A DNA stretch of 64,000 nt from Ruminococcus sp. (lineage in GTDB: Bacteria; Bacillota; Clostridia; Oscillospirales; Ruminococcaceae), in the NCBI GenBank assembly GCA_017622925.1, contig JAGAQC010000005.1, positions 269-64,268 of the forward strand, in the 5' to 3' direction. How positions within the stretch are numbered: the first letter of the stretch is position 1; every line of letters starts with the position of its first letter. The notes under the pieces are model-generated. The model was given only the letters and a program-made list of their open reading frames with translations. It was not told where the DNA came from and searched no databases. A program made the position numbers and the translations under genes. This document shows positions 40,372 through 49,337 of the stretch, piece after piece.

Positions 40372-41724
40372 ATGAACAAGAAAGAATTCAGAAAAAAGCT
40401 TTTGAGACTTGTGATACCGATTTCTTTACAGCAGCTAATGCTTGCGCTTGTAGGTTTTACCGATGCGGTAATGATGGGCTTTCTAAATCAGGACTCGCTT
40501 TCAGCCGTATCCCTTGCAGGACAGGTACAATTTGTTTTCACACTTTTCACTTTTTCGATAACAGGCGGAACTTCCATACTTGCCGCTCAGTACTGGGGCA
40601 TTAAAGACAGGGATTCAGTTGAAAAAATACTCGGTATCGGCTTAAAAATGCTGATATTCTCCTCGCTTCCTTTCTTTATATGCGCGGCATTATTTCCTGA
40701 ACTTTTAATGAGATGCTTTGCATCTGATGCAGTACTGATCGAGCTTGGAGCGCAGTATCTTCGTGCAGTTTCACCGTCATATTTATTTATAGGACTTTCT
40801 CAGGCATACTTGTGCATTATGAAGAACTGCGGACATGCAGGAAAAAGCTCATTGATAAGCTCTGTTTCAGTAGTGTTGAATATTCTTTTTAACTGGCTTC
40901 TTATTTTCGGCGTGGGATTTTTCCCGAGAATGGAAGTCAGGGGCGCTGCGATTGCAACGGTTATTTCCAAAGCTGTCGAACTGATATGGACATACATTGT
41001 AATGCTACGCGGTGAAAATATTAAAGTCCGCATTCGATTTGTCATACATAATGATAAGCTCCTGAGCAGGGATTTCAAAAAATACACGCTTCCGCTTTTG
41101 GGAAATCTCCTCGGCTGGGGTGTAGGCTTCACAATGTACAGCGTTATTCTCGGACATCTTGGAAACGATGCGGCTGCGTCTAATTCAATTGCAAACATAG
41201 TTAAAAATCTTGCAGTTTGTCTCGGTCAAGGCGTATCAAGCGCAAGCGGCGTTATGATCGGCGCAGAGCTTGGACGTGGACGCATTGATCTTGCAAAAGA
41301 ATACGGTTCTAAGCTTTGCCGAATTTCGCTTTTATGCGGTTTTATTTCGGGAGCTGTTATACTTTGCGTTATCCCCTTTGTTCCCCTGTTTAAAACTATC
41401 ACTCCCGTTGCTCAGGGTTATCTTAAAGTCATGCTTGCCGTAAGTTCCTATTACGTGATCGGAAAAGCTATGAATTCTACGGTTATATCTGGAATTTTCC
41501 CTGCCGGAGGAGACTCAAAGTTTGGCTTGAAGTGCGATACTATCACAATGTGGTGCGTTACTGTACCGTTGGGGATCATATGTTCTCTCGTTCTTCATCT
41601 TCCCGTACCGCTCATTTACATTATTATAAATATAGATGAGATAATAAAGCTTCCCGCAGTCTATCGGCATTATAAAAAATACCTCTGGCTTAATAATCTT
41701 ACACACACTAAATCCGCCGCATAA
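40372..41724 (+). CDS. MATE efflux transporter
   Basis: DAVMMGFL, AQYWG, LNILFNWLLIFG, GAAIATVIS. Confidence 0.93.
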   Translation: MNKKEFRKKLLRLVIPISLQQLMLALVGFTDAVMMGFLNQDSLSAVSLAGQVQFVFTLFTFSITGGTSILAAQYWGIKDRDSVEKILGIGLKMLIFSSLPFFICAALFPELLMRCFASDAVLIELGAQYLRAVSPSYLFIGLSQAYLCIMKNCGHAGKSSLISSVSVVLNILFNWLLIFGVGFFPRMEVRGAAIATVISKAVELIWTYIVMLRGENIKVRIRFVIHNDKLLSRDFKKYTLPLLGNLLGWGVGFTMYSVILGHLGNDAAASNSIANIVKNLAVCLGQGVSSASGVMIGAELGRGRIDLAKEYGSKLCRISLLCGFISGAVILCVIPFVPLFKTITPVAQGYLKVMLAVSSYYVIGKAMNSTVISGIFPAGGDSKFGLKCDTITMWCVTVPLGIICSLVLHLPVPLIYIIINIDEIIKLPAVYRHYKKYLWLNNLTHTKSAA

Positions 41725-41956
41725 GGCGGATTTTTGTGAAATGCTGCAAACCTCGGTTTACAGTATTTCACAAGTCGTGTAATTCCACTCCCCTATTGAT
41801 CTCGCTGTTTATTGCGATTTTGGGGTGTTGTTTGCTACAGATAACAAAAATAAAGAATTTTTTTCATAAAGCTTCGTCTTTTTGGCGATTTTAAATCACT
41901 TATATATAGAAGCACTTTTTAATTCGCTTTTTAAAATTTAAAAAAAGGTGATCGCT

Positions 41957-44212
41957 ATGAAAAAAATACTTGCATTATTGGGAGCTTTCTCTCTGCTTAT
42001 CACTTCAACTGCATGCAATGAAAACGAACGGACCGCCCCCTCGGAAAAAACGAATGCAGTTCAGACCGCTCCCCTGTTTTCTTACAAGACTGCCGATATA
42101 CAAATGGCTGACGACTTCAGCGAAATAATCTCACTGGACAAGCGTTCAAATTATATTCTCATTTTCGGCAAACTCCACAGCGGAATATACAGCGGATATA
42201 TTACAAACCCTCAATTCTCCGAGAAAAAGGCTTTTAAATTTACACCGCAGGAGGGCGAAACGGTAAAGTCCGCTGCGGTCATGAGAACAGGTAAAGCTGC
42301 AGTTATGACCTGCCTTGACGGCGACACCCTGCTGTACGTTTTATCAGAAAACGGCTCTATAGAAAAAACGCTGAACTGCGGTGAAGTTATCGACCCTGAT
42401 TCGTATATATCGCTTATTGCGTCAGACGACGGATTTTTTTTCAGCTCCGATTCCGATAAAATGTACTTTGTCAGCAGCGGCGGCGAATACGTTGAACATA
42501 TCGTTACAGGAGACAGAACGATATGCGGTTTCGCCAATGACAGCGAAGGTCAGCCTGCCGTACTGTTTTGTGAAAACGAAAAGCAGTACTATGTAACGCT
42601 TGTGGACGGTCAGCTTGGCGAGGAGACATTTTGCGGCGAACTCGGCTCTAACGTGCATGGTTTTGGCTCGGGCTGCGGAGAATATTCCGCCTCAGCCGTA
42701 TTCCCAGACGGACTGTATGTATTGAAAGGCGCGGAATGGCAGAAGCGCAGCGATTTATCCGACAACGATTTCAATTCATACAATATTATTGCGTGTACAA
42801 TGTTAGCTGAAAACGAGTTTGCTGTAATTATTTCAACGAACTCGGGCGGATATGAAATGCGTCTGCTTACCGAACGTGATATTTCCGAAGTAAAGTCAAG
42901 ATCAGTACTTACCATGTCGCTTGTAATAGGTAAAGGAAGCGATATAATTGATGAACGGCTCAAAAAATTCAACTCCGAAAGCGACAGCTATAAGGTGGAG
43001 CTTGTGAATTACGGTAATACAAGCGATGATATGTCGCAATGTTTCGACGCTCTCAGGAGAGATATTATTGCAGGCAACGCTCCCGACATTATTAAATTTG
43101 ATTCCAATATTCCTGTAAACACTTTCGGTTCACGAGAAGGCATGTTTGTCGATTTGTATACGCTCATTGACAATGATAAGGATATAAGCCGTGACGATTT
43201 CCTTGACGGTTTTCTCGAAGGCTACGAAACTAACGGAAAACTGCTGATGTTCGATACCGAATTTACAGTCAGCACGGTTTCAGTTAAGGAGAAATTTCTG
43301 AACGGTCTTACAAGCTGGAATTATGAACAGCTCGGGGACGTTTATCGGAATATGCCCGAAGATATGTTTTTCTCGTCGGAAGCAGCTTCCCAAACACGGA
43401 GCGACGTTTTTATGTCGTTTATAAATTACGGTGAGTTTGTCGATTACGATAACGCCGCATGTAATTTTGACTCTCCCGAATTTATAAAGGCAATGAAGTT
43501 TATCGGTGAAAACGAGATAGGATTGACCGAGGAAGAATATCTTAACGGTGAAATGCAATACAGCGGAAATTATTATGCCGAAATTCATCGAGCCGACAAA
43601 GCTCTTGCGCTGACATTTGAGCCTGTCAATGGTTTTTATGGATTCAGAGAGATAGAACAAGGCTATATGGGCGAACCAACTGCTTTTATCGGTTATCCCA
43701 CAGAAAACGGCTGCGGAAATTACCGCAGGATAAACGGCGGTTACGGTATTATGGCGAACTCTGATAATATTGAAGGAGCATGGGAGTTTCTGAAATATTA
43801 TCTGTTTGATGAAAGCAAAGATCCGAGATTTTATTTTTCGGGACTGGAAAAAAATTTTGAGGAGCAGGCAGCGGAATCCGTTGAAGAATATATTGAAGTT
43901 GACCCTGAAACAGGAAAAGAATATTCGGGCGAAATATTTGTGTGGCATGACAATGGCGGAATGCACTTTGAAAACGGAGCGTCCCCCGAACTTCATAAGA
44001 CAGACATTCATCCTCTTACCGAGGAACAGCAAACAGAATATGAAGCTCTTGTTCGTGAAGCTGTCAAAAATGTGTGTATTGTGGACAGTACTTTAATTTC
44101 TATTCTGCGTGAAGAACTCGTGTGTTACTTTGAGGGCGAACGCTCTGCCGAAGAAACTGCGGAAATAATCCAAAACCGTGTTTCAATTTACATAAGTGAA
44201 CAATATTCATAA
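41957..44212 (+). CDS. Large extracellular solute-binding lipoprotein
   Basis: Lipobox STAC; IIAGNAPDII, FIGYPT, GAWEFLKY, IQNRVSIYISE. Confidence 0.85.
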   Translation: MKKILALLGAFSLLITSTACNENERTAPSEKTNAVQTAPLFSYKTADIQMADDFSEIISLDKRSNYILIFGKLHSGIYSGYITNPQFSEKKAFKFTPQEGETVKSAAVMRTGKAAVMTCLDGDTLLYVLSENGSIEKTLNCGEVIDPDSYISLIASDDGFFFSSDSDKMYFVSSGGEYVEHIVTGDRTICGFANDSEGQPAVLFCENEKQYYVTLVDGQLGEETFCGELGSNVHGFGSGCGEYSASAVFPDGLYVLKGAEWQKRSDLSDNDFNSYNIIACTMLAENEFAVIISTNSGGYEMRLLTERDISEVKSRSVLTMSLVIGKGSDIIDERLKKFNSESDSYKVELVNYGNTSDDMSQCFDALRRDIIAGNAPDIIKFDSNIPVNTFGSREGMFVDLYTLIDNDKDISRDDFLDGFLEGYETNGKLLMFDTEFTVSTVSVKEKFLNGLTSWNYEQLGDVYRNMPEDMFFSSEAASQTRSDVFMSFINYGEFVDYDNAACNFDSPEFIKAMKFIGENEIGLTEEEYLNGEMQYSGNYYAEIHRADKALALTFEPVNGFYGFREIEQGYMGEPTAFIGYPTENGCGNYRRINGGYGIMANSDNIEGAWEFLKYYLFDESKDPRFYFSGLEKNFEEQAAESVEEYIEVDPETGKEYSGEIFVWHDNGGMHFENGASPELHKTDIHPLTEEQQTEYEALVREAVKNVCIVDSTLISILREELVCYFEGERSAEETAEIIQNRVSIYISEQYS

Positions 44213-44390
44213 GGCTTCATATGGAAAATAATATTCAAAATTCAGAAATAAAAAACTATTTTCTACAGGCAATATAAAACTGTACAAAAATATTCTGAAA
44301 AAGAGACTTTATTCTATTGACTATGGAGTAAAATTTTTGTATAATATTATTAGAAAATTCTAAGATGCGAGGCATAAGGAGGAATAACAT

Positions 44391-47252
44391 ATGAAGAAAA
44401 AATTACATGCGCTGCTCACGGCTGTGATGGTTTGCCTTTCAATGGTATGCGGAGCTGTCACGGGACTGACTGAATTTGCAGTCCCTGCAATAACATACGC
44501 GGCGTCCGTTGACTACCCTGCTCAACTGATGAACATCGCAGTAAAGGACAACTCGAAAGTCCTTACAGAAAACGGAACTTCTGACGGTTCAACGCTTTCA
44601 GTCAAGGCTATTGGGAGCGATCTGTCACCTTCATGGAGATTTGACCGCGTCGGCGCTGATTCGATAGGCACTTTTTTCAAGATAACAAGCGCACAGTCGG
44701 GCAGACTTATAACTCCTGCAAACTATAATGTTTCAGCAGGTACGGACGTTATTATCTACGGTAGCGAATCGCATCAATGTCAGCATTGGTTTGTAGTTCC
44801 CGTAAAAAACGATCGTCTCGGAAACGGTCTTTACTACAAAATAGTAAACTATTCCGATCCCGATCTTGCCATTACGCAGGGTTCAGGCGGCATGACGCTT
44901 GCAAAGTATACAGGCGCAGATAACCAGTTGTGGCTGCTCAATGCAGACGGACTTCAGGGCTTTGCAGGATACTGCTCCAATGACAACACAGGTAATATAA
45001 AAGCGGCGAATATAGGCGGACTTTTCGGTGAAACAGTTGAAGTAACTGATTTTGCATCTCTGAAAAAATACGCCGAATCAGACGCACCTTATACAATTAT
45101 TGTAAAGAACAATATAAGCGTTACCAACCTTACAATGGATTCACAGAATCATTATTACTGTCCCGACGGCAGAATTTATATCGGGGACAACAAGACGATC
45201 GTCGGAAGCTACGGAAATCACTCTCTTAACAATGTCCAGTTCTGCACCAAAAGAGGCAGCGGAAAAGGAAACAATGTTATCATTAAGAATTTCGAGATGA
45301 AACACGACGCCAAATCCAACGGTAATGATTCTATAGTTGTTTATTTTGGTTCGGGACAGAATCTTTGGGTAGATCACGTTACATTTATCGGTCATTCGGG
45401 GTACAATACACTTGGCGAAGCGACTCCCGATTGGGATAAGTTCCTCGCATGCTGCTACGATGCGGATTACTGCACCGTTTCCGACTGTTCGTTCGGACTT
45501 CACGAATACGGTCTTATTTTAGGCTATCCCGACGATACCGAGGAGTCCTATAAAAACAGGAACAACTTCCCGAGAATGACCCTTATCAGCAATAAATTCA
45601 AGGACACCTTAACAAGAGCCCCCGGACTTATGCGATACGGATATTTTCATTCACTCAACAACTACGTTTATAATTTCAGCATGGCGTACACAGTTCATTC
45701 AGATTGTAAGCTTTTTGCGGAGAACTGTTACTATGACGGCGCATCGACAAAAGGCAATGTTGTCTGCGACTGGAACTCGGTCACACACCCCGGTGCATTT
45801 GCCGATTCAGGCTCAAAGGGCGTAAACTGCAAACGTCTTGGTATTGAGGGGCAGGCTAAGGTCTGCACATGGAGACCTAAAAGCAATTACAGCTACGTTG
45901 CTCTTTCAGCCGATCAGGCAAAGAGCTATTGCGATACATACAGCGGTTGTCAGTCCTCCAACGGAAATATGATGTATCTCAGATACTCATCTAAAGGAAT
46001 CCCCAGCGCAGGCTATACAGAAGCTCCGAGCGGACCCATGAAGCCTGTAGCGGAAGTTTTCGATAACGGTTCAACCTACAGATTTAAGAACGTTAATTCG
46101 GGACTTTATATGCAGGTAGCAGACGCTGCCGCCGAAAATGGCACAAATGTACATCAGTGGGGAACTTCTGATGAAACTATTCACGATATTTGGAAGCTTA
46201 TCGACGCAGGCAACGGATACTACTATATTGCTTCCGCTGTTGGCGACGGCGGAACATTTATGCTTGACGTTGCAGGTAAGAAAACCGCCAACGGTACAAA
46301 TATCGACATTTACAACTATAACGGCGGAACGAACCAGCAGTTCATGCTTACAAAAAATTCTGACGGTTCATATAAGATACGCACAAGAATAAGCGGAGAA
46401 GCATCGGTCATCGAGGTTGCAGACGGTTCGGCTCAGAGCGGCGCAAACGTACAGCAATGGGAAGAAAACGGAGCGAACTGTCAGGACTGGATAATGGAAA
46501 AAGTTTCCGATCCGGGCTGTAAAATGGACACAAGCGTAATTTATGAATTTAAAAATGTCAACAGCGGTCTTGTCATGGATATTGTAAACGGAAAAATGGA
46601 ATCGGGCAGCAATGTTCAGCAATGGACAGCAAACGGCTTGGATTGTCAGAAGTGGGTTCTGAAAGAGTTCACAGGCGGCGGAAATTATTACTATATATAC
46701 TCCGCAGCGGATATGAATTACGTTTTGAGAGCCGAGGACTCGGCAAACGGAGGAAATATCAGTATTGCAGAATATTCCTCCAAGGACAGCGCAATGCTGT
46801 TTAAGTTCTCGAAAAATCCCGACGGTACATATTATATCATGACACGCGCTTCTAAGGACGCCTGTCTTGTTGAAACAGGCGGTGCAAGCCTTGAAGGAGG
46901 CGCAAACGTTCAGCAGTGGTCTCCTACAAACAGCAATTGCCAGAAATGGTCTGCGGAAACAATGACGACTTCAACAACAAAAGTCACAACAACAACCACA
47001 ACTACTACCACTACTACCACCACCGCGCCTCAGCCAACGGAAACAACAACAGAACCTGTTCAGAAGCATACTGACGGGGACATCAACAATGACGGCACAA
47101 CAGGTATCGCCGATCTTGTGCTTCTCAGCAAACATCTTCTCGGAGAAAGCAGTCTCACAGACGAACAATGTAAGTTTGCAGACGTCTGCAACGATAACAT
47201 AATAGATGTGTATGACCTTATTGTTCTGAGAAAGCTCGCCATAAATCAATAA
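44391..47252 (+). CDS. Cellulosomal pectate lyase (PL1) with ricin-type CBM13 modules and dockerin
   Basis: Signal peptide, WVDH motif, QxW ricin repeats, Thr linker, GDINNDG...ADVCND dockerin. Confidence 0.9.
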   Translation: MKKKLHALLTAVMVCLSMVCGAVTGLTEFAVPAITYAASVDYPAQLMNIAVKDNSKVLTENGTSDGSTLSVKAIGSDLSPSWRFDRVGADSIGTFFKITSAQSGRLITPANYNVSAGTDVIIYGSESHQCQHWFVVPVKNDRLGNGLYYKIVNYSDPDLAITQGSGGMTLAKYTGADNQLWLLNADGLQGFAGYCSNDNTGNIKAANIGGLFGETVEVTDFASLKKYAESDAPYTIIVKNNISVTNLTMDSQNHYYCPDGRIYIGDNKTIVGSYGNHSLNNVQFCTKRGSGKGNNVIIKNFEMKHDAKSNGNDSIVVYFGSGQNLWVDHVTFIGHSGYNTLGEATPDWDKFLACCYDADYCTVSDCSFGLHEYGLILGYPDDTEESYKNRNNFPRMTLISNKFKDTLTRAPGLMRYGYFHSLNNYVYNFSMAYTVHSDCKLFAENCYYDGASTKGNVVCDWNSVTHPGAFADSGSKGVNCKRLGIEGQAKVCTWRPKSNYSYVALSADQAKSYCDTYSGCQSSNGNMMYLRYSSKGIPSAGYTEAPSGPMKPVAEVFDNGSTYRFKNVNSGLYMQVADAAAENGTNVHQWGTSDETIHDIWKLIDAGNGYYYIASAVGDGGTFMLDVAGKKTANGTNIDIYNYNGGTNQQFMLTKNSDGSYKIRTRISGEASVIEVADGSAQSGANVQQWEENGANCQDWIMEKVSDPGCKMDTSVIYEFKNVNSGLVMDIVNGKMESGSNVQQWTANGLDCQKWVLKEFTGGGNYYYIYSAADMNYVLRAEDSANGGNISIAEYSSKDSAMLFKFSKNPDGTYYIMTRASKDACLVETGGASLEGGANVQQWSPTNSNCQKWSAETMTTSTTKVTTTTTTTTTTTTTAPQPTETTTEPVQKHTDGDINNDGTTGIADLVLLSKHLLGESSLTDEQCKFADVCNDNIIDVYDLIVLRKLAINQ

Positions 47253-47371
47253 ATATTATCGCTTCGGGTTTGTTTGCGCTGCCCGAAGCGATTTTGTTTT
47301 TACTGAAAAATCGTATACTTATATTGACTTTATTATTATGTTAGTGTATAATTAAATAAAGAAAAATGTTT

Positions 47372-47547
47372 AAGGCAACACCGCACAGAGATTGTGCGGC
47401 AGATGCGCAGCCAGATTTTTTGTCAGATTGTACAGAAATTTTGCAGGCATACTGTCGTATGTCAAGAAATTTATGTGCAAGATGACGGAAAATATGCAAG
47501 CAGATGACGTGCAAAGCCATCAGGCGGTCTTTGTGCGGTGTTGCCTT
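47372..47547. mobile_element. MITE-like element family B copy 2
   Basis: AAGGCAACACCGCACA...TGTGCGGTGTTGCCTT; near-identical to 33830-33992. Confidence 0.85.
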
Positions 47548-47563
47548 TAGAAGGAGTTATTAC

Positions 47564-47992
47564 ATGAAAATTTCCACCAAAGGCAGATATGCTCTGCGGA
47601 TGGTCGTTGACCTCGCGACTCACGGCGAAGCCTGCGTTTCTCTGAAAGATATTGCACAGCGGCAGGGAATATCAAAAAAATATTTGGAGCAAATAGTCCC
47701 CCTGCTCAGCAGTAACGGTATACTGCGTACAAACAGAGGTAACAAGGGCGGATATATTCTTGCAAAGTCTGCCGTCGAACTTACTGTCGGGGACGTTCTC
47801 AGGTCGGCGGAGGGTACTCTCGCCCCCGTATCATGCCTTGAATACGAGCCAAACAACTGCCCGAGAGCCGAAGAATGCGCTACACTTTTTATATGGAAGG
47901 GTTTGTACAAAACTGTCTCGGAATATCTTGACGGGATCACAATACAGGATATAGTTGACCGTATTCAGAACGGAAATAATTACAGCATTTAG
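47564..47992 (+). CDS. Rrf2-family transcriptional regulator (IscR/CymR-like)
   Basis: MKISTKGRYALR, YLEQI, RGNKGGY, three Cys. Confidence 0.92.
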   Translation: MKISTKGRYALRMVVDLATHGEACVSLKDIAQRQGISKKYLEQIVPLLSSNGILRTNRGNKGGYILAKSAVELTVGDVLRSAEGTLAPVSCLEYEPNNCPRAEECATLFIWKGLYKTVSEYLDGITIQDIVDRIQNGNNYSI

Positions 47993-48002
47993 AGATGAAA
48001 AT

Positions 48003-49313
48003 ATGATCGAAAAAAAACTAAAAAAATATCTTTTTCCCAATATACTGGCGATGATAGGTATTTCCTGCTATGTCCTCGCCGATACTTTTTTTGTGTCCGC
48101 AGCCGCGGGAGCTGACGGAATTACAGCATTGAATCTGACCCTGCCTATCTTCGGACTGATGTTCGCCATAGGCTCGATGATAGGACTGGGGTCTGCAACA
48201 CGATACAGTATCCTTAAAGCTCTCGGAAAAAAAGACGCTCTCGATTATTTTTCCGACTCGGTAATGTGGGCGTTTATTTTTAGTCTTATTTTTGCAGCGA
48301 TTGGAATAATTTCCCCCGAAAGCGTACTGAAGCTCATGGGAGCAGACAGTAGTATTCTGCAAACAGGACGCAGTTACATGAAAACCGTACTTCTGTTCGC
48401 TCCGTGCTTTATGCTCAACTACACCTTTACAGCCTTTGTTCGGAACGACAAATCGCCAAATATCGCTATGGCGGCAACGCTTTCAAGCAGTATATTCAAT
48501 ATTATCTTTGACTATATCTTTATGTTTCCGCTGAAAATGGGAATGACAGGCGCAGCCCTTGCAACGGGAATTTCTCCTGTTGTCAGCATGGGCGTATGTA
48601 TGATACATTTTCTTTCGCCAAGGAACACTATCCGTTTCAAACTAAAACTCCCGTCGCCGACACGGCTGATACGAGCGTGTACTATAGGTATATCGGGATT
48701 TGTCGGCGAGATCTCAAATGCTGTCACAAGCCTTTCGTTTAACTTTATACTTCTCGGTATTGCAGGAAATACGGCAGTTGCGGCTTACGGAGTCGTTGCA
48801 AATATTTCACTTGTGGGAATTGCGGTTTTCAACGGTATTTCCCAAGGAGCGCAGCCAATGGCAAGCGAAGCGTCAGGCTCGGGCGATAAGGATTCCGCAA
48901 AGCGCATTTTGCGATATTCCTTGAAAATTTCGGCAGCAGCAGCTTTGATACTTGTAGCAGCTATCTGCATATTTGCACCTGTTATCACATCGGTTTTCAA
49001 CAGCGAAAATTCCGCACAGCTTGCCAAATACGCTGTTACGGGTCTGCGAATGTATACTCCCGGATTCATTGCAGCGGCGGTCAATATCGTGAATGCAGGA
49101 TTCTTCGGAGCGTCGGGCGCAGCTATGGAATGCTGGCTTATTTCAATTTCACGGGGCATAGTGTCGATAGTTATTCTTGCATTCGTATTGTCACACTTTT
49201 TCGGTATATACGGCGTATGGGCGGCGTTTCCGGCAGCGGAGGTTTTCACGCTGATATTGACAATTCTATATAAAAAATTAAAACAACAAAAAACGGGTTT
49301 TTACAGTGTTTAA
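48003..49313 (+). CDS. MATE efflux transporter (MepA-like)
   Basis: ADTFFV, FNIIFDYIFMF, GAALATG, GIYGVW. Confidence 0.92.
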   Translation: MIEKKLKKYLFPNILAMIGISCYVLADTFFVSAAAGADGITALNLTLPIFGLMFAIGSMIGLGSATRYSILKALGKKDALDYFSDSVMWAFIFSLIFAAIGIISPESVLKLMGADSSILQTGRSYMKTVLLFAPCFMLNYTFTAFVRNDKSPNIAMAATLSSSIFNIIFDYIFMFPLKMGMTGAALATGISPVVSMGVCMIHFLSPRNTIRFKLKLPSPTRLIRACTIGISGFVGEISNAVTSLSFNFILLGIAGNTAVAAYGVVANISLVGIAVFNGISQGAQPMASEASGSGDKDSAKRILRYSLKISAAAALILVAAICIFAPVITSVFNSENSAQLAKYAVTGLRMYTPGFIAAAVNIVNAGFFGASGAAMECWLISISRGIVSIVILAFVLSHFFGIYGVWAAFPAAEVFTLILTILYKKLKQQKTGFYSV

Positions 49314-49333
49314 CAATGCTGTAAAAACCCGTT
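49292..49333. terminator. Bidirectional terminator
   Basis: AACGGGTTTTTACAG...CTGTAAAAACCCGTT. Confidence 0.75.
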
Positions 49334-49337
49334 AATA

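Noticed and set aside
41737-41770. Second hairpin after the MATE terminator
   Set aside because: Single copy in the window with no further support.
46965-47050. ACN trinucleotide-like repeat
   Set aside because: Encodes the ordinary Thr-rich linker before the dockerin.
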